Notes: generated from the letters alone by a model not told the origin. A stretch of 64,000 nucleotides of DNA from an uncultured virus (IMG/VR IMGVR_UViG_3300026479_000008) (IMGVR_UViG_3300026479_000008); one strand, 5' to 3'. Shown: positions 39,399 to 54,748, numbered from the stretch's first letter. Made by a program: numbers and translations.

Positions 39399-40016
39399 TT
39401 ATCCACTCATCTTACAGAAACTTACAGTAATATACCTTGTTCCTGAAAAAATAGGCTTTGCACCGTGTCTATGTGTAATTGCACCTGGGTGTAAAGCTGC
39501 CATTCCAACTCTAGGAGGACTAATATTTGCCTTATATAATGGGAAATAAGTTCCACCTCCTGTAAAATCTTCATTCATTCTAACAACAGTTGTTAAATGG
39601 CTATTATCATGGTGAAGAGAAAGGTGCGCTTGTGTTTCTGTAGTATACTTTACAATAAATGTTTCATCTGACATAGAATTCCACTGCTTTCCTTCTAAAG
39701 TCCAGAACCATATTCCTAATGGCCTAACAAATTCGTTAAGAACCTTTGAGTAAATTTCATTCATCCATACTTTGTCAATGAGCATGTCGGTTGTTGGATA
39801 AAATTCATGTCTATCTACTGTCCATTCTCCTTCAGTTTCACATAGTTCAATTAGATCTTTACAAAACTGTTCTTTAAATAAAGGAAATACTAAAACACTC
39901 GGAGCCGCTTCGTCAACTATGAGTTCATATTCTCCTTTTCTTAAAAGGGGATCGATGTATTTGTCACACCATGCATCCCAATCGCTTGCATCTAAAATTT
40001 CTACGTATTTTCCCAT
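39399..40016 (-). CDS. 2OG-Fe(II) dioxygenase resembling the procollagen lysyl hydroxylase (PLOD/LH) catalytic domain
   Basis: FPLFKEQFCKDLI, PTTD, FIVKY...Q..L.LHHDNS, F.GGG..F, LHPG..TH.H...I..GTRYI.VSF; HxD...H iron triad plus the 2OG-binding Arg. Confidence 0.85.
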   Translation of the reverse strand: MGKYVEILDASDWDAWCDKYIDPLLRKGEYELIVDEAAPSVLVFPLFKEQFCKDLIELCETEGEWTVDRHEFYPTTDMLIDKVWMNEIYSKVLNEFVRPLGIWFWTLEGKQWNSMSDETFIVKYTTETQAHLSLHHDNSHLTTVVRMNEDFTGGGTYFPLYKANISPPRVGMAALHPGAITHRHGAKPIFSGTRYITVSFCKMSG

Positions 40017-41890
40017 TATTTTACTTTTTCTAATTTAGTTACTTTTTTTTCAACTCCTGATTTTTCAGCGTATGTTTCGTTAGCAACTCCTTCTTCTTCT
40101 CCATATCTTGACTCTGCTGAGATAGGATAGTCAGGGCTTTCATTATATGCCCAATCTTCTATTCCTAATTCAATAAATCTAGCGTTGATTTGTTCATTAT
40201 AATATTGTGCTATTGTTCTAACTCTTCTTTGAATGTCTGCTCTTGATAAATCATGAGTGTTTCTTCCACCTTGATTATTATAGAGAAATTGAATATAGCT
40301 TAGTTTAGGTATTTTACATATCTTAGAATATAGGAAGCTTCTGATCACTAATTCAAAATCATCTGCAATTGTTAGACTTCTGTTATGTCCTCCTATTTCA
40401 AAATAAGTAGATCTTCTCCATGCTCTAACGTGATTTGGAACTCCTACAATATGTCTGATTGTTTTTGGATTAATATTCTGTTGATTAGCAGGTGACAACA
40501 TTCTACCTTCATACTCTTCTTCTCTATAAGAACCATATCCTAATGCAAACCCTTCTCCATATCTTTGATTTTCCCACTCTTCATTTACCTCGGCAGTATC
40601 TCCATAAAACATACCACAATCAGGATGTGCCTGTGCAGCATTATGTAAATCTTCTGCACATGTTTTAACCAATAAGTCATCATGGTCTAATTCTGCTAGA
40701 ATATATCCTTTAGCAAGAGAACAACATCTGTATTTAGATTCTCCAATACATCCTCCTGATTTTTCTCTAAAATCATACACCTTTACTCTTGGATCTACTA
40801 ACGCAATTTCTTCTGCTATCTTTAAAGTTTTACCTCCATCGGTGGAATCATTTACTAAAACCCATTCCCAGTTATTATACGTCTGATCTCTTACGGATCT
40901 ATATGTGTTCCATAACTTTTCACCAGTATTATATATAGGCGTAAAGAATGAAATCATCTGATCATCTTCTAGGTTAGAAGGAGATAGAATAGAATTCATT
41001 GCTACGGAATATGCAGTGTTTCCTATATTTTCCGTGTTCTCAGAATTAAACCACCTTTTTCTAAATTGGAGAGGAAGAGAAGCTAGGTTAGGAAACTCTT
41101 TCCATGATTCTCCATTTGTAATAATTGCATCAGGATTAAACGACGTAACTGCGTTAATTACTTCACTATCGTCTTCTAAGTATTTAACGTCTAATTCATC
41201 TGCTTCATACGATAAATATTTTATAGACTTTAATTCTGGCTTAGTTTTTCCTATATAAATTATTTTAGGTATTTTTGCACTTGGTACTTTTTCTAAATAA
41301 TTGTAGTGGCATAAAACCTTGTCAATCCATACGAATGAATCACCATGTGTTTTTAATACTTCTTCTATAAAGAAACCGTCTGCTGCATAATTTGCACTAA
41401 ACGAATGAGTATCAAATATGCTTCTATTAATAACCATCTGTGCAATGTCAATTTTCTGAAATGCAGTATTTTCACGACTAGCTACTCTAATTTCTTGTCC
41501 GGTAAAATCTCTACCTGCAACTAATTGAGAAACGATATGAACCTGTGCAATTGGAAGATTCTTTATACTCGCTTTAATAGTTTTGTAAAAGTCTTCGTGT
41601 ATAATGTTATCATCATCTAGTAAATAGATCCAACCTGATTTGATTGTTCTAATAATATCAGAAACTTCAGGATATAATAATCCTCCTCTTTGTCCTTTTA
41701 CAAAATGTAATTTGACATTGACAGTATCTGTTAAGTTCGAGAGAACCTCTGCATCAATATCCTTTAATGCTCCTGTATCAAATACAATGTGCCAATTTAC
41801 TGTTACTCCCTTAGGCGCATTTAATACTCCTTCTTTAATTGTTAAAAGGTTACTTGTTCTGGTACACCTTGTAATAATATTAATCTTCAT
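40016..41890 (-). CDS. Two-domain glycosyltransferase (GT-A domain plus GT2 domain)
   Basis: N-terminal YLLDDDN; C-terminal ISFFTPIYNT, QTYNNWEWVLVNDS, AELDHDD. Confidence 0.85.
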   Translation of the reverse strand: MKINIITRCTRTSNLLTIKEGVLNAPKGVTVNWHIVFDTGALKDIDAEVLSNLTDTVNVKLHFVKGQRGGLLYPEVSDIIRTIKSGWIYLLDDDNIIHEDFYKTIKASIKNLPIAQVHIVSQLVAGRDFTGQEIRVASRENTAFQKIDIAQMVINRSIFDTHSFSANYAADGFFIEEVLKTHGDSFVWIDKVLCHYNYLEKVPSAKIPKIIYIGKTKPELKSIKYLSYEADELDVKYLEDDSEVINAVTSFNPDAIITNGESWKEFPNLASLPLQFRKRWFNSENTENIGNTAYSVAMNSILSPSNLEDDQMISFFTPIYNTGEKLWNTYRSVRDQTYNNWEWVLVNDSTDGGKTLKIAEEIALVDPRVKVYDFREKSGGCIGESKYRCCSLAKGYILAELDHDDLLVKTCAEDLHNAAQAHPDCGMFYGDTAEVNEEWENQRYGEGFALGYGSYREEEYEGRMLSPANQQNINPKTIRHIVGVPNHVRAWRRSTYFEIGGHNRSLTIADDFELVIRSFLYSKICKIPKLSYIQFLYNNQGGRNTHDLSRADIQRRVRTIAQYYNEQINARFIELGIEDWAYNESPDYPISAESRYGEEEGVANETYAEKSGVEKKVTKLEKVK

Positions 41891-41904
41891 ATTTATATTT
41901 GTTT

Positions 41905-42837
41905 TTATACGTCAAAAAAGAACATGTGAAAAAATCTAGCATTGTCAATTGCATCTCCAAAATACTGAGTCGCAGCGTGGATATTTTTAGCATTAAACAA
42001 GACTAATCTATTATACACATTTCCTACTTCATCTATTTTTTCAAAATTAGATCCATCGTAAAAATTCATTTCATTACTATTACCCTTGAATGCATCTATG
42101 TATGCTTGGGTTTTTCTTTTATCGTCATCGAATGTATAATCACCCGTGACTTTACTTCTATAGAACGCAGTTCCAGATGTAGGTGGAGCGTCAGGTGTTA
42201 AATATACCATTGCTGCATAAGTTTGATTATCCACGTGATAAACAATCTGTTGATCTGCTGTACAAAATTGAAATATTCCGTTAGCATACCTGTCGTGATT
42301 CCAATTGAATATTGGTTTTCCTATAATTTCTTCTAGTTTTTCTTTAGTTCCATCTAAGATAAATCTTTCATTTGCTCTTTGGCCCTTGTGATAATCGGAA
42401 GGTGTAAATTCTAAATGGTTCATTGCCCATTCTCTTACAAGGTCAGGATCATTATAAAAATTATCTACTACTATAACATCCTTTGATGTATTTGCAAATC
42501 CTGAATGATACGATAACCAGTGTCCGATTGGACCTATTGCAGTTTCTCCAATACTAGTATGGATGACTAGTGTTTTTAGTTTTTTATCAAAAGGAACCTC
42601 AATAGTAAATGACATATTCTGATTAGTAAGCTGATTTGAATATACTTCCATTACGTCTTGCCTATCACCTAAAAATTGAACTTTAAGAGGTTCATTTGAC
42701 ATTGAAAAGCCTAAAGCTTCTCCGCCTATTAATCCAACCCATCCATTAAGAGTATATGTGTCTGTATTCTTAGTTACGCTTTCCACATAGAATTTTACAT
42801 TCTTGTTAAACGTATCATGTTTGATTTTATTATCCAT
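41905..42837 (-). CDS. 2OG-Fe(II) oxygenase-like protein (DUF6445-like) with an extra N-terminal domain
   Basis: VIVVDNFY.DPD.VR, HVD, AAMVYLTP, GT.FY, YNRLVLF...IHAA, R.F..FF. Confidence 0.75.
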   Translation of the reverse strand: MDNKIKHDTFNKNVKFYVESVTKNTDTYTLNGWVGLIGGEALGFSMSNEPLKVQFLGDRQDVMEVYSNQLTNQNMSFTIEVPFDKKLKTLVIHTSIGETAIGPIGHWLSYHSGFANTSKDVIVVDNFYNDPDLVREWAMNHLEFTPSDYHKGQRANERFILDGTKEKLEEIIGKPIFNWNHDRYANGIFQFCTADQQIVYHVDNQTYAAMVYLTPDAPPTSGTAFYRSKVTGDYTFDDDKRKTQAYIDAFKGNSNEMNFYDGSNFEKIDEVGNVYNRLVLFNAKNIHAATQYFGDAIDNARFFHMFFFDV

Positions 42838-42858
42838 CGATTGTGTTCTATAATATTA

Positions 42859-42885
42859 GTTATACTTAGATATTTTAAATTGTTT
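42859..42885 (-). promoter_or_regulatory. Putative middle promoter AAAC-N17-TATAAC for the oxygenase/GT/lysyl-hydroxylase operon
   Basis: taAAC aatttaaaatatctaag TATAAC; a GATATATA late motif is also present at 42920-42927. Confidence 0.65.
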
Positions 42886-42931
42886 ACTAAGTGTAATAAG
42901 ATAATAAGTTATTACAATCTATATATCACAT

Positions 42932-42962
42932 AAAAAAAGGGTCCTCTTTCGAGGACCCTTTC
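42932..42962 (-). terminator. Rho-independent terminator after the collagen fibre gene
   Basis: Minus strand AAAGGGTCCTC-GAAA-GAGGACCCTTTTTTT. Confidence 0.9.
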
Positions 42963-42985
42963 TAAAATTATCTTGATGATTTAAA

Positions 42986-48544
<5,559 letters not shown>

Positions 48545-48564
48545 GTTTTAATAATTTATTTTTT

Positions 48565-49341
48565 TTAGTCGTCTAGATTACTTTTGTCGTATACTACTTC
48601 AAACTGATCAGTTCCAGCAAGCTCATAACCTGCAAGAGTTCCGTTCCAGTAAAGTGTATCTCCAGCATCTAAGTCAGAAGCAGGAACAGCAGTTGCACCA
48701 CCGTCTCTTGAGAAATATACGTCTCCGTTTCTATCATTATAAGATTCGTCAAGTGCTATACCGTTTAAGAATACTTGAACTGTTGAATCTTGGAAAGGAG
48801 TATACGTTAGTGTAAGTCCTGTTGATGAGTAATTACCTGAAGTTACAGCAGAGAACGAAGTCTGTGTGAATTCTTCTGGTTGAATTAGGTCTGTTGGCGA
48901 CTGCGATGGTCTCCATGGAAGAACATGACCCACTGTTTCTGTTAATGCTTGTAAAACAGGATTGCTGTATGCAAAACCTGGATCACCAGTATTAACGTAA
49001 TCTTCTAAAGTACCGTTACCTGAGTTATCTACAACGTAGAAATCTCCGGGAACTAACTGGTCCAATTTAGGCCATGCTGAAACGTTAATAGTTCCAACTT
49101 GCACAGCGATAAAATTGTCCGCGTCTACAATAGATTCGATGATTAATCTTCCTAGCTTGTTAGCAGTGCTTGAATCAGCTAACACCCATCTAGAACCCAC
49201 ATAAGCTATAACAACTCCAGCAGAAAAACCGTGGTCTTCCTGTGTGTAAGCTGATTTAAGCGAACCTGATTCAATGCTGGTGTTAATAAGATCAAGAGCA
49301 GCCTGTAAGCCGTCAATTTGCTTGATTTTAATTAATGACAT
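48565..49341 (-). CDS. Putative fibre-associated structural/adaptor protein
   Basis: Directly upstream of the collagen gene; C-terminal domain paralogous to that of 53484-54710 (YFS.DGG.TA...AGYEL). Confidence 0.65.
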   Translation of the reverse strand: MSLIKIKQIDGLQAALDLINTSIESGSLKSAYTQEDHGFSAGVVIAYVGSRWVLADSSTANKLGRLIIESIVDADNFIAVQVGTINVSAWPKLDQLVPGDFYVVDNSGNGTLEDYVNTGDPGFAYSNPVLQALTETVGHVLPWRPSQSPTDLIQPEEFTQTSFSAVTSGNYSSTGLTLTYTPFQDSTVQVFLNGIALDESYNDRNGDVYFSRDGGATAVPASDLDAGDTLYWNGTLAGYELAGTDQFEVVYDKSNLDD

Positions 49342-49460
49342 GAATAGTTACATTTTTTTTTATTTATTTTAAATGTGGAATAATTCCACTCAATCTTATA
49401 TATTATAAATTGATGGGATAAAGGTCCCAGAATCTATAGTATAAGATATTATTTTACGTA

Positions 49461-50231
49461 TTAAAAATCCCACTTATCTGTAAAGTGACATCTTACGTAT
49501 GTTGGTCGGTTCATTACTGCTCCGCCTTTATGATTTTCTCTGAATCTTACGTTGAAATCTGAATCTTCACTTACGTTACCCCAAGTATCTCTCCATAAAA
49601 CAGATGCAGATGGTTTATGCATAAACAACCAAGGACTCATTACTACTAAACCTTCCTTTATTCTTGTTATGTTCCACTTTCCTTCAACATCTGGAAGTTC
49701 TTCACCATATTCTGTAGAATCTTCAAATGTTTTATCGTCTTTAAATTTCATTACTTCGTTATCGTACCAAGATCTGTTAATCCACCAATTAGCGTCAGGG
49801 TTTTTATTAAACTCTATCATTAGGTGTAGTGTATGTTCTTCTAATAACATATCGTCTGAATCCATATATGTAATTAAATTTCCAGTTGCGGCTCCTACTC
49901 CTACTCTACGAGGAAAACCTCTATAATATTTGTTGCCTTCTTCGTTTTGCATATATGTACTCATTTCTTTTGAGTTTCTAGAAACGTATATTAATCTTAT
50001 GTTATCTTCAGTTTGAAAATGAGCATCATATAGTGACTTTGTTTCCATGCAATTGTCTGCTACTATTATTAATTCACAGTTTTTATATAATTGATTTTGA
50101 AAACTCTGGACTGCTCTTAAAAATTTAGAATGTGAATCTTTCCTAGATCCTGGATAATTACCAAGATATGATTGCATGATAATACTAATCTTTGGCTTTG
50201 CAGCCGCTTCAATTACTTCTTTTAATTCCAT
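49461..50231 (-). CDS. Glycosyltransferase family 2
   Basis: KISIIM, Q.YKNCELIIVAD, ITYMDSDD, SEDSDF. Confidence 0.85.
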   Translation of the reverse strand: MELKEVIEAAAKPKISIIMQSYLGNYPGSRKDSHSKFLRAVQSFQNQLYKNCELIIVADNCMETKSLYDAHFQTEDNIRLIYVSRNSKEMSTYMQNEEGNKYYRGFPRRVGVGAATGNLITYMDSDDMLLEEHTLHLMIEFNKNPDANWWINRSWYDNEVMKFKDDKTFEDSTEYGEELPDVEGKWNITRIKEGLVVMSPWLFMHKPSASVLWRDTWGNVSEDSDFNVRFRENHKGGAVMNRPTYVRCHFTDKWDF

Positions 50232-50243
50232 TATTTATTATGT

Positions 50244-51431
50244 TTATTTATATAGGTTTGTTGACCAGTCATATTCGTTTGATAGAGCATGTTTTCCTGG
50301 TTCAAAAATATTCTCTATTAGTTTTTTATATGTATCTACGATGTTAGGATTTGTTGTAAGATATCTTGAAAGAACCTTTGTGCTTTTTGCTGTATATTCC
50401 TTTTCTATCTCATCATGATGATTTAATACATTCTCTAACATCTTTGCAGCTGACACTGTATCGAATCCTTTATAATAATACCCTGCATCCTTTATCATTG
50501 TTGCGTTATGAACTAAAGGATATCCAAAATAAAGAGCGTCTAAATATGCATAGTTTAAAGGATTATCCCATTGATGTGAAAGAACTATATCCGTTTTCTC
50601 AGAAAGAAAATTAGTTACTGGGTACCTTGAGCACATTTTTAATTTACCGGAATGAGTTACATCTAAGTGTTTAATGGAACTAATAAAGTATTTACTAGAT
50701 AATAATCTTTTACCACTTCCTACCCAAAATTCATTGAACGCCTTTTTACCCTTTTTTCTGTATAGTTCTTCTACCATCATGATAAGAGGCATACAATATT
50801 TAACTACATTCATATTAGGTTCCATTGAAGATAGGTTCATATCTTCTGCATTCTTGCCTCCTTTATAGAATGCGTCTTTCATACCATTTCTGACGTTTTT
50901 AGAATTTTCTTCTTTTATAAACTTAGGACTCCATACAAATGGAACCACTTTAACCTTGTCAGCAGAAAGCCTTCCCATTGTTTGATAGTATGATCTATTT
51001 TGATATTCCTGCTGTGGAATAAACCATGCTTCATCGTGGCCATGCGTCCAATTACTTACAGATTCTTTAGAATCAAATAAGACTCTTTCCATATCTATAA
51101 TATAATTATTACCGCAAAAGTATTTAATAATCTTAATTTTAGGATTCTTTTTTCTAACGGCGACTGTTTGCTCGGTACTAAATGAAGTTCCTAGAAGTAT
51201 TAATAAATCCGTTGAATTTACTTTATCTGCATATTTATAAATAGGATATTTAGAAGTGTCCCAATCTACCTTTGACAGATCTTTAACTTTATTACTAGTG
51301 TCTAACGCATATACACTATGATCTCCTATTTCAGAAAGAGTTTCAATTAAATTTAATACATTTAATTTGATTCCATTTATCCAAAGAGATTCATTATCCT
51401 GTTGTAATCCTAGTGTAATTCCAATGTTCAT
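50244..51431 (-). CDS. DUF2827-like putative glycosyltransferase (start revised to ATG 51431)
   Basis: MNIGITL...SLWINGI, VPFVWSP, EPN.NVVK...P, SHQWDNPLNY.Y.DALY.GYPLVHN; the ORF-track 5' extension contains a terminator and a late motif. Confidence 0.7.
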   Translation of the reverse strand: MNIGITLGLQQDNESLWINGIKLNVLNLIETLSEIGDHSVYALDTSNKVKDLSKVDWDTSKYPIYKYADKVNSTDLLILLGTSFSTEQTVAVRKKNPKIKIIKYFCGNNYIIDMERVLFDSKESVSNWTHGHDEAWFIPQQEYQNRSYYQTMGRLSADKVKVVPFVWSPKFIKEENSKNVRNGMKDAFYKGGKNAEDMNLSSMEPNMNVVKYCMPLIMMVEELYRKKGKKAFNEFWVGSGKRLLSSKYFISSIKHLDVTHSGKLKMCSRYPVTNFLSEKTDIVLSHQWDNPLNYAYLDALYFGYPLVHNATMIKDAGYYYKGFDTVSAAKMLENVLNHHDEIEKEYTAKSTKVLSRYLTTNPNIVDTYKKLIENIFEPGKHALSNEYDWSTNLYK

Positions 51432-51468
51432 GTTAAACCGATATTTTGTTTTACTATATATTTTAAAT

Positions 51469-51497
51469 AAAAAAGGCTCCTCTTCCGAGGAGCCTTT
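51469..51497 (-). terminator. Rho-independent terminator
   Basis: Minus strand AAAGGCTCCTC-GGAA-GAGGAGCCTTTTTT. Confidence 0.9.
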
Positions 51498-51540
51498 AAT
51501 CAATTAAGCATTAAGCTAATAATTTAAACCGAAGTTTAGA

Positions 51541-53313
51541 TTATAGTTTTATACCCATAACTTGAACTTTGTCCTTAGCATCAACGTCATAAGCTAATAA
51601 GCCTGTGAAATCGATATCAGTTCCACCTGTACATCTGAAGTCAACGAATACACCGTTTACATAAACAGTTAAATCATCGTTAGTTCCGAATGCAACTGGC
51701 TGAGGTAAAGTAAATAAGTTAGTTGCAGTAAATACTGCAGTTTGTCTTAGGTACGTACCACCTTCTTCAACAGCTACTTCTAATGAATCGATAGATGCGT
51801 TTATAACATTTACCTCTCCGTTAGTTGTTGCTATCTCAGCAGCTAATTCAGCAGATAAAGCAGATTCAACAGAACCAGCTCTTGTGATTTCAGCAGCTAA
51901 GTCACCTTCAACACCTAATACTCTAGTGTCGATTGAAGTGATGTCACCAGCTAATTCACCGTCAACAACCTCTAAAGAATTAACTGAAGCAGTTAATAAT
52001 AAGTTGTCAGCGTCGTTAGCGTCGATCTGTGCTTTTAACTTAGCGTCTTCACCAGCTCTATCTTCTTTTTCTTGCTCGATAGCAATCGCTAGATTGTTAT
52101 CAACAGCTTCTAAAGAATCGATAGATCTGTCTTGTGCGATTTGCTCAGCGTTAGTTGAAGCGATTTCAGCAGCTAAAGCAACTTCTAAAGAATCAACAGA
52201 TGCGTCAGTTCTTACTACGAATGCAGCAAAAGCATCATCATTTTCAGTATCAACAGAGTTGATTAAAGAAACGATTTCAGCGAATGAATCTTTGTCAGCA
52301 GTTGAAGCTTCTAAGATTGCATCGATTCTACCTTTTTCTGTAGCGATGTCAGATGCTAATTCACCATCAACAACCTCTAAAGAGTTTACAGATAATGTTA
52401 AGTTAGCGTTGTCTAAATCGTTAGCGTCGATTCTAGAACCTAATGCTAAATCAGCAGCAGCTCTTAATCTTGCTTCCTCTTCGATAGAAGATGATAAACC
52501 AGCGTCAGCAGCTTCTAAAGAATCAATAGATGCGTTTTGAACAGCTTGCTCAGCAGCAGTTTCAGCGATCTCAGCAGATAATTCTGCAGATATCTTACCT
52601 TCCATTGCAGTTGCTCTGTCGATTTCAGCTTGTAAGTCACCTTCAACACCAGATACTCTAGTGTCTAATGAAGTGATGTTACCAGCAAAACCATTGTCAA
52701 CAACTTCTAATGAATCGATAGATGCGTTAACATTGATAAAATCAGCGTTAGTTGCAGCGATCTCTGCGTTTAAAGCAGCTTCAATAGCATTTTCTCTACC
52801 AGTTGCTCTTTCGATTTCAGAAGCTAAGTCACCTTCAACACCTAATACTCTAGTGTCTAATGAAGTGATGTCACCTTCTAAACCAAGAATGTCAGAGTCA
52901 TTGCTTGTGATTTGTCTCTGAAGATCAGCATCAACTAATTCTAATGAATCGATTGACTTATCTGTTCTTAGTACGAATGAAGCGAATGCATTGTCATTTT
53001 CAGTATCAACTGCGTTGATTAAAGAAACGATTTCAGCGAATGAATCTTTGTCTGCTTCTGCAGAATCTAAGATTGCATCTACTCTTTCTTTTTCTGTTAC
53101 GATCTCAGCCGATAAAGCAGTATCAACAGCTTCTAAAGAAGATACTTCACCTGCGATGAAAGTCTCTAAAGAGTTTACTGATGCGTCTACTGTATCAAAT
53201 CCTTGTTTGATGTCCCATACGTTTGCAATTTTTACATTGTCAGACGATACAACATTTGCCCATGTGATTGAACTTAGAAAGTCAGAAATTTGTTTTGAAC
53301 GAATTTGTGCCAT
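51541..53313 (-). CDS. Acidic coiled-coil fibre/whisker-like protein with internal repeats
   Basis: Recurring AS(I/V)(D/N)SLE, ITSLDTRVLGVEGDLA and a duplicated DKDSFAEIVSLIN.VDTEND.AF module. Confidence 0.7.
   Translation of the reverse strand: MAQIRSKQISDFLSSITWANVVSSDNVKIANVWDIKQGFDTVDASVNSLETFIAGEVSSLEAVDTALSAEIVTEKERVDAILDSAEADKDSFAEIVSLINAVDTENDNAFASFVLRTDKSIDSLELVDADLQRQITSNDSDILGLEGDITSLDTRVLGVEGDLASEIERATGRENAIEAALNAEIAATNADFINVNASIDSLEVVDNGFAGNITSLDTRVSGVEGDLQAEIDRATAMEGKISAELSAEIAETAAEQAVQNASIDSLEAADAGLSSSIEEEARLRAAADLALGSRIDANDLDNANLTLSVNSLEVVDGELASDIATEKGRIDAILEASTADKDSFAEIVSLINSVDTENDDAFAAFVVRTDASVDSLEVALAAEIASTNAEQIAQDRSIDSLEAVDNNLAIAIEQEKEDRAGEDAKLKAQIDANDADNLLLTASVNSLEVVDGELAGDITSIDTRVLGVEGDLAAEITRAGSVESALSAELAAEIATTNGEVNVINASIDSLEVAVEEGGTYLRQTAVFTATNLFTLPQPVAFGTNDDLTVYVNGVFVDFRCTGGTDIDFTGLLAYDVDAKDKVQVMGIKL
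52261..53052. repeat. Direct repeat pair (36 bp identical, 52261-52296 and 53017-53052) inside the coiled-coil fibre gene
   Basis: gattaaagaaacgatttcagcgaatgaatctttgtc occurs twice. Confidence 0.8.
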
Positions 53314-53483
53314 ATTATTTATATAATTATTTTTTGCACACCCTACATTATTGTAGGATTGGATTATATATTAATACGTTTATTCGTGGGGGGTAAAAAA
53401 GTATATAATATCTTAATAAAATTAATTAAATTTTACGTATTTACGTTTTTACGTTTTTCTTATAATACTAAGATAATATATTA

Positions 53484-54710
53484 TTAAGAATAAGATTCGT
53501 AGAATAAAGAGACTCTATCTTCATCAGTGAGCTCATATCCCGCGACTATCGAGTTAAAGATTAATTCATCACCTACTCGGATATCTTGGAATGTTCTAGC
53601 AGTAGTTCCTCCATCTGATGAAAAGTAACCATCTAGGTTTTTAGTTCCGTCTCCTAATGAAATAGAAATACCATTAATTTCAACGTCAATGTATTGGCCA
53701 TCTTGCGGTGTAACCGATAATATGATTCCAGTTCTAGATACATTTCCAGATGTATTATTTGGAATTAATTCTTTATCTAGTACTGTGCTAGATTTCTTAC
53801 CTAGATCAGTTGAAGATAATGCTGAACCATATACATCTAGTTTAAATGAAACTTCGTCCGTAACTAGCCAATTATTTTTATATACACCAGGTCCTTCAGT
53901 CGACATTTCGTGAGATACTATAACCTGTATTGCATCATCGATGTCGTCAATACATTCTCCAGAAGAACAGTTGATTCTGTACCAGTCTACTACATTAAAA
54001 ATAGAATATTGAGCGGTATCGCTTCTGTTTATTAATGTAATCGTACCTTCAATTCCATCTTTATCTATTCTGTTAATTAAAAAGTTTTCTAAAACACTTA
54101 CTCTAATTCCATCGTAGTCACTATTCATAAATGTCATTTTAGTTACTAGACCAGGGGATCCTGAATCTAAAGATAAGCTTCCTTGTCCAATAGGAACTGA
54201 ACCATCGATATGTTGAACTTTATAATATGGATCCATGGACGAAGATACACCTATTCCCGAACTTCTTTGAGTAGATTTATACAGAGAAGGATCGTGTCTG
54301 TTTTCATTAAATAAAATAGATCCAATTTCCATGTTAGGTAAAGAATAAACCTTAGTAGGTTCTATTCTAGAATTAGTCACTACTATGTTTACGTATATTT
54401 TTCCAGCAGGAAGATTTAATGTTTGTAGTTTTGATAATTCAAATTGAAAAACAGCCTGTGTAGTTGGATCGTCATTTACTAATATAAGATCTCCTGAAAC
54501 TCCGTATACTCTAGGCATTGAATATTGTGCGATTAAATCAGACGATTCATCTAATAAATTCATAGTAAATGTAGAATATAGTGATGTATTAAGATTTCCA
54601 CCTACCCTATCTCTATATAGTTTTACTGTGTAGACTTGTGAGTCTCCCTGTATAACATCTATTGTGTTATCAATATATCCAATAATATCTTCTTGCGTAA
54701 CCTGTGGCAT
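53484..54710 (-). CDS. Putative virion structural protein with C-terminal domain paralogous to 48565-49341
   Basis: TGIILSVTP...VEINGI...YFSSDGGTTA...GDELIFN...AGYEL; GATATATA at 54737-54744. Confidence 0.65.
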   Translation of the reverse strand: MPQVTQEDIIGYIDNTIDVIQGDSQVYTVKLYRDRVGGNLNTSLYSTFTMNLLDESSDLIAQYSMPRVYGVSGDLILVNDDPTTQAVFQFELSKLQTLNLPAGKIYVNIVVTNSRIEPTKVYSLPNMEIGSILFNENRHDPSLYKSTQRSSGIGVSSSMDPYYKVQHIDGSVPIGQGSLSLDSGSPGLVTKMTFMNSDYDGIRVSVLENFLINRIDKDGIEGTITLINRSDTAQYSIFNVVDWYRINCSSGECIDDIDDAIQVIVSHEMSTEGPGVYKNNWLVTDEVSFKLDVYGSALSSTDLGKKSSTVLDKELIPNNTSGNVSRTGIILSVTPQDGQYIDVEINGISISLGDGTKNLDGYFSSDGGTTARTFQDIRVGDELIFNSIVAGYELTDEDRVSLFYESYS

Positions 54711-54736
54711 TTTTAAACTATTTTGTTTTTATAAAC

Positions 54737-54744
54737 TATATATC
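54737..54744 (-). promoter_or_regulatory. Putative late promoter GATATATA (fibre island)
   Basis: Recurrent octamer upstream of a structural gene. Confidence 0.6.
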
Positions 54745-54748
54745 TTGA

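Noticed and set aside
51432..51503. ORF-track N-terminal extension of the DUF2827-like gene
   Set aside because: Contains the upstream terminator and a promoter motif; ATG 51431 (MNIGITL) fits better
53428..53460. Triple TTTACGT short repeat in an AT-rich intergenic region
   Set aside because: Too short and low-complexity to support a function without comparative data
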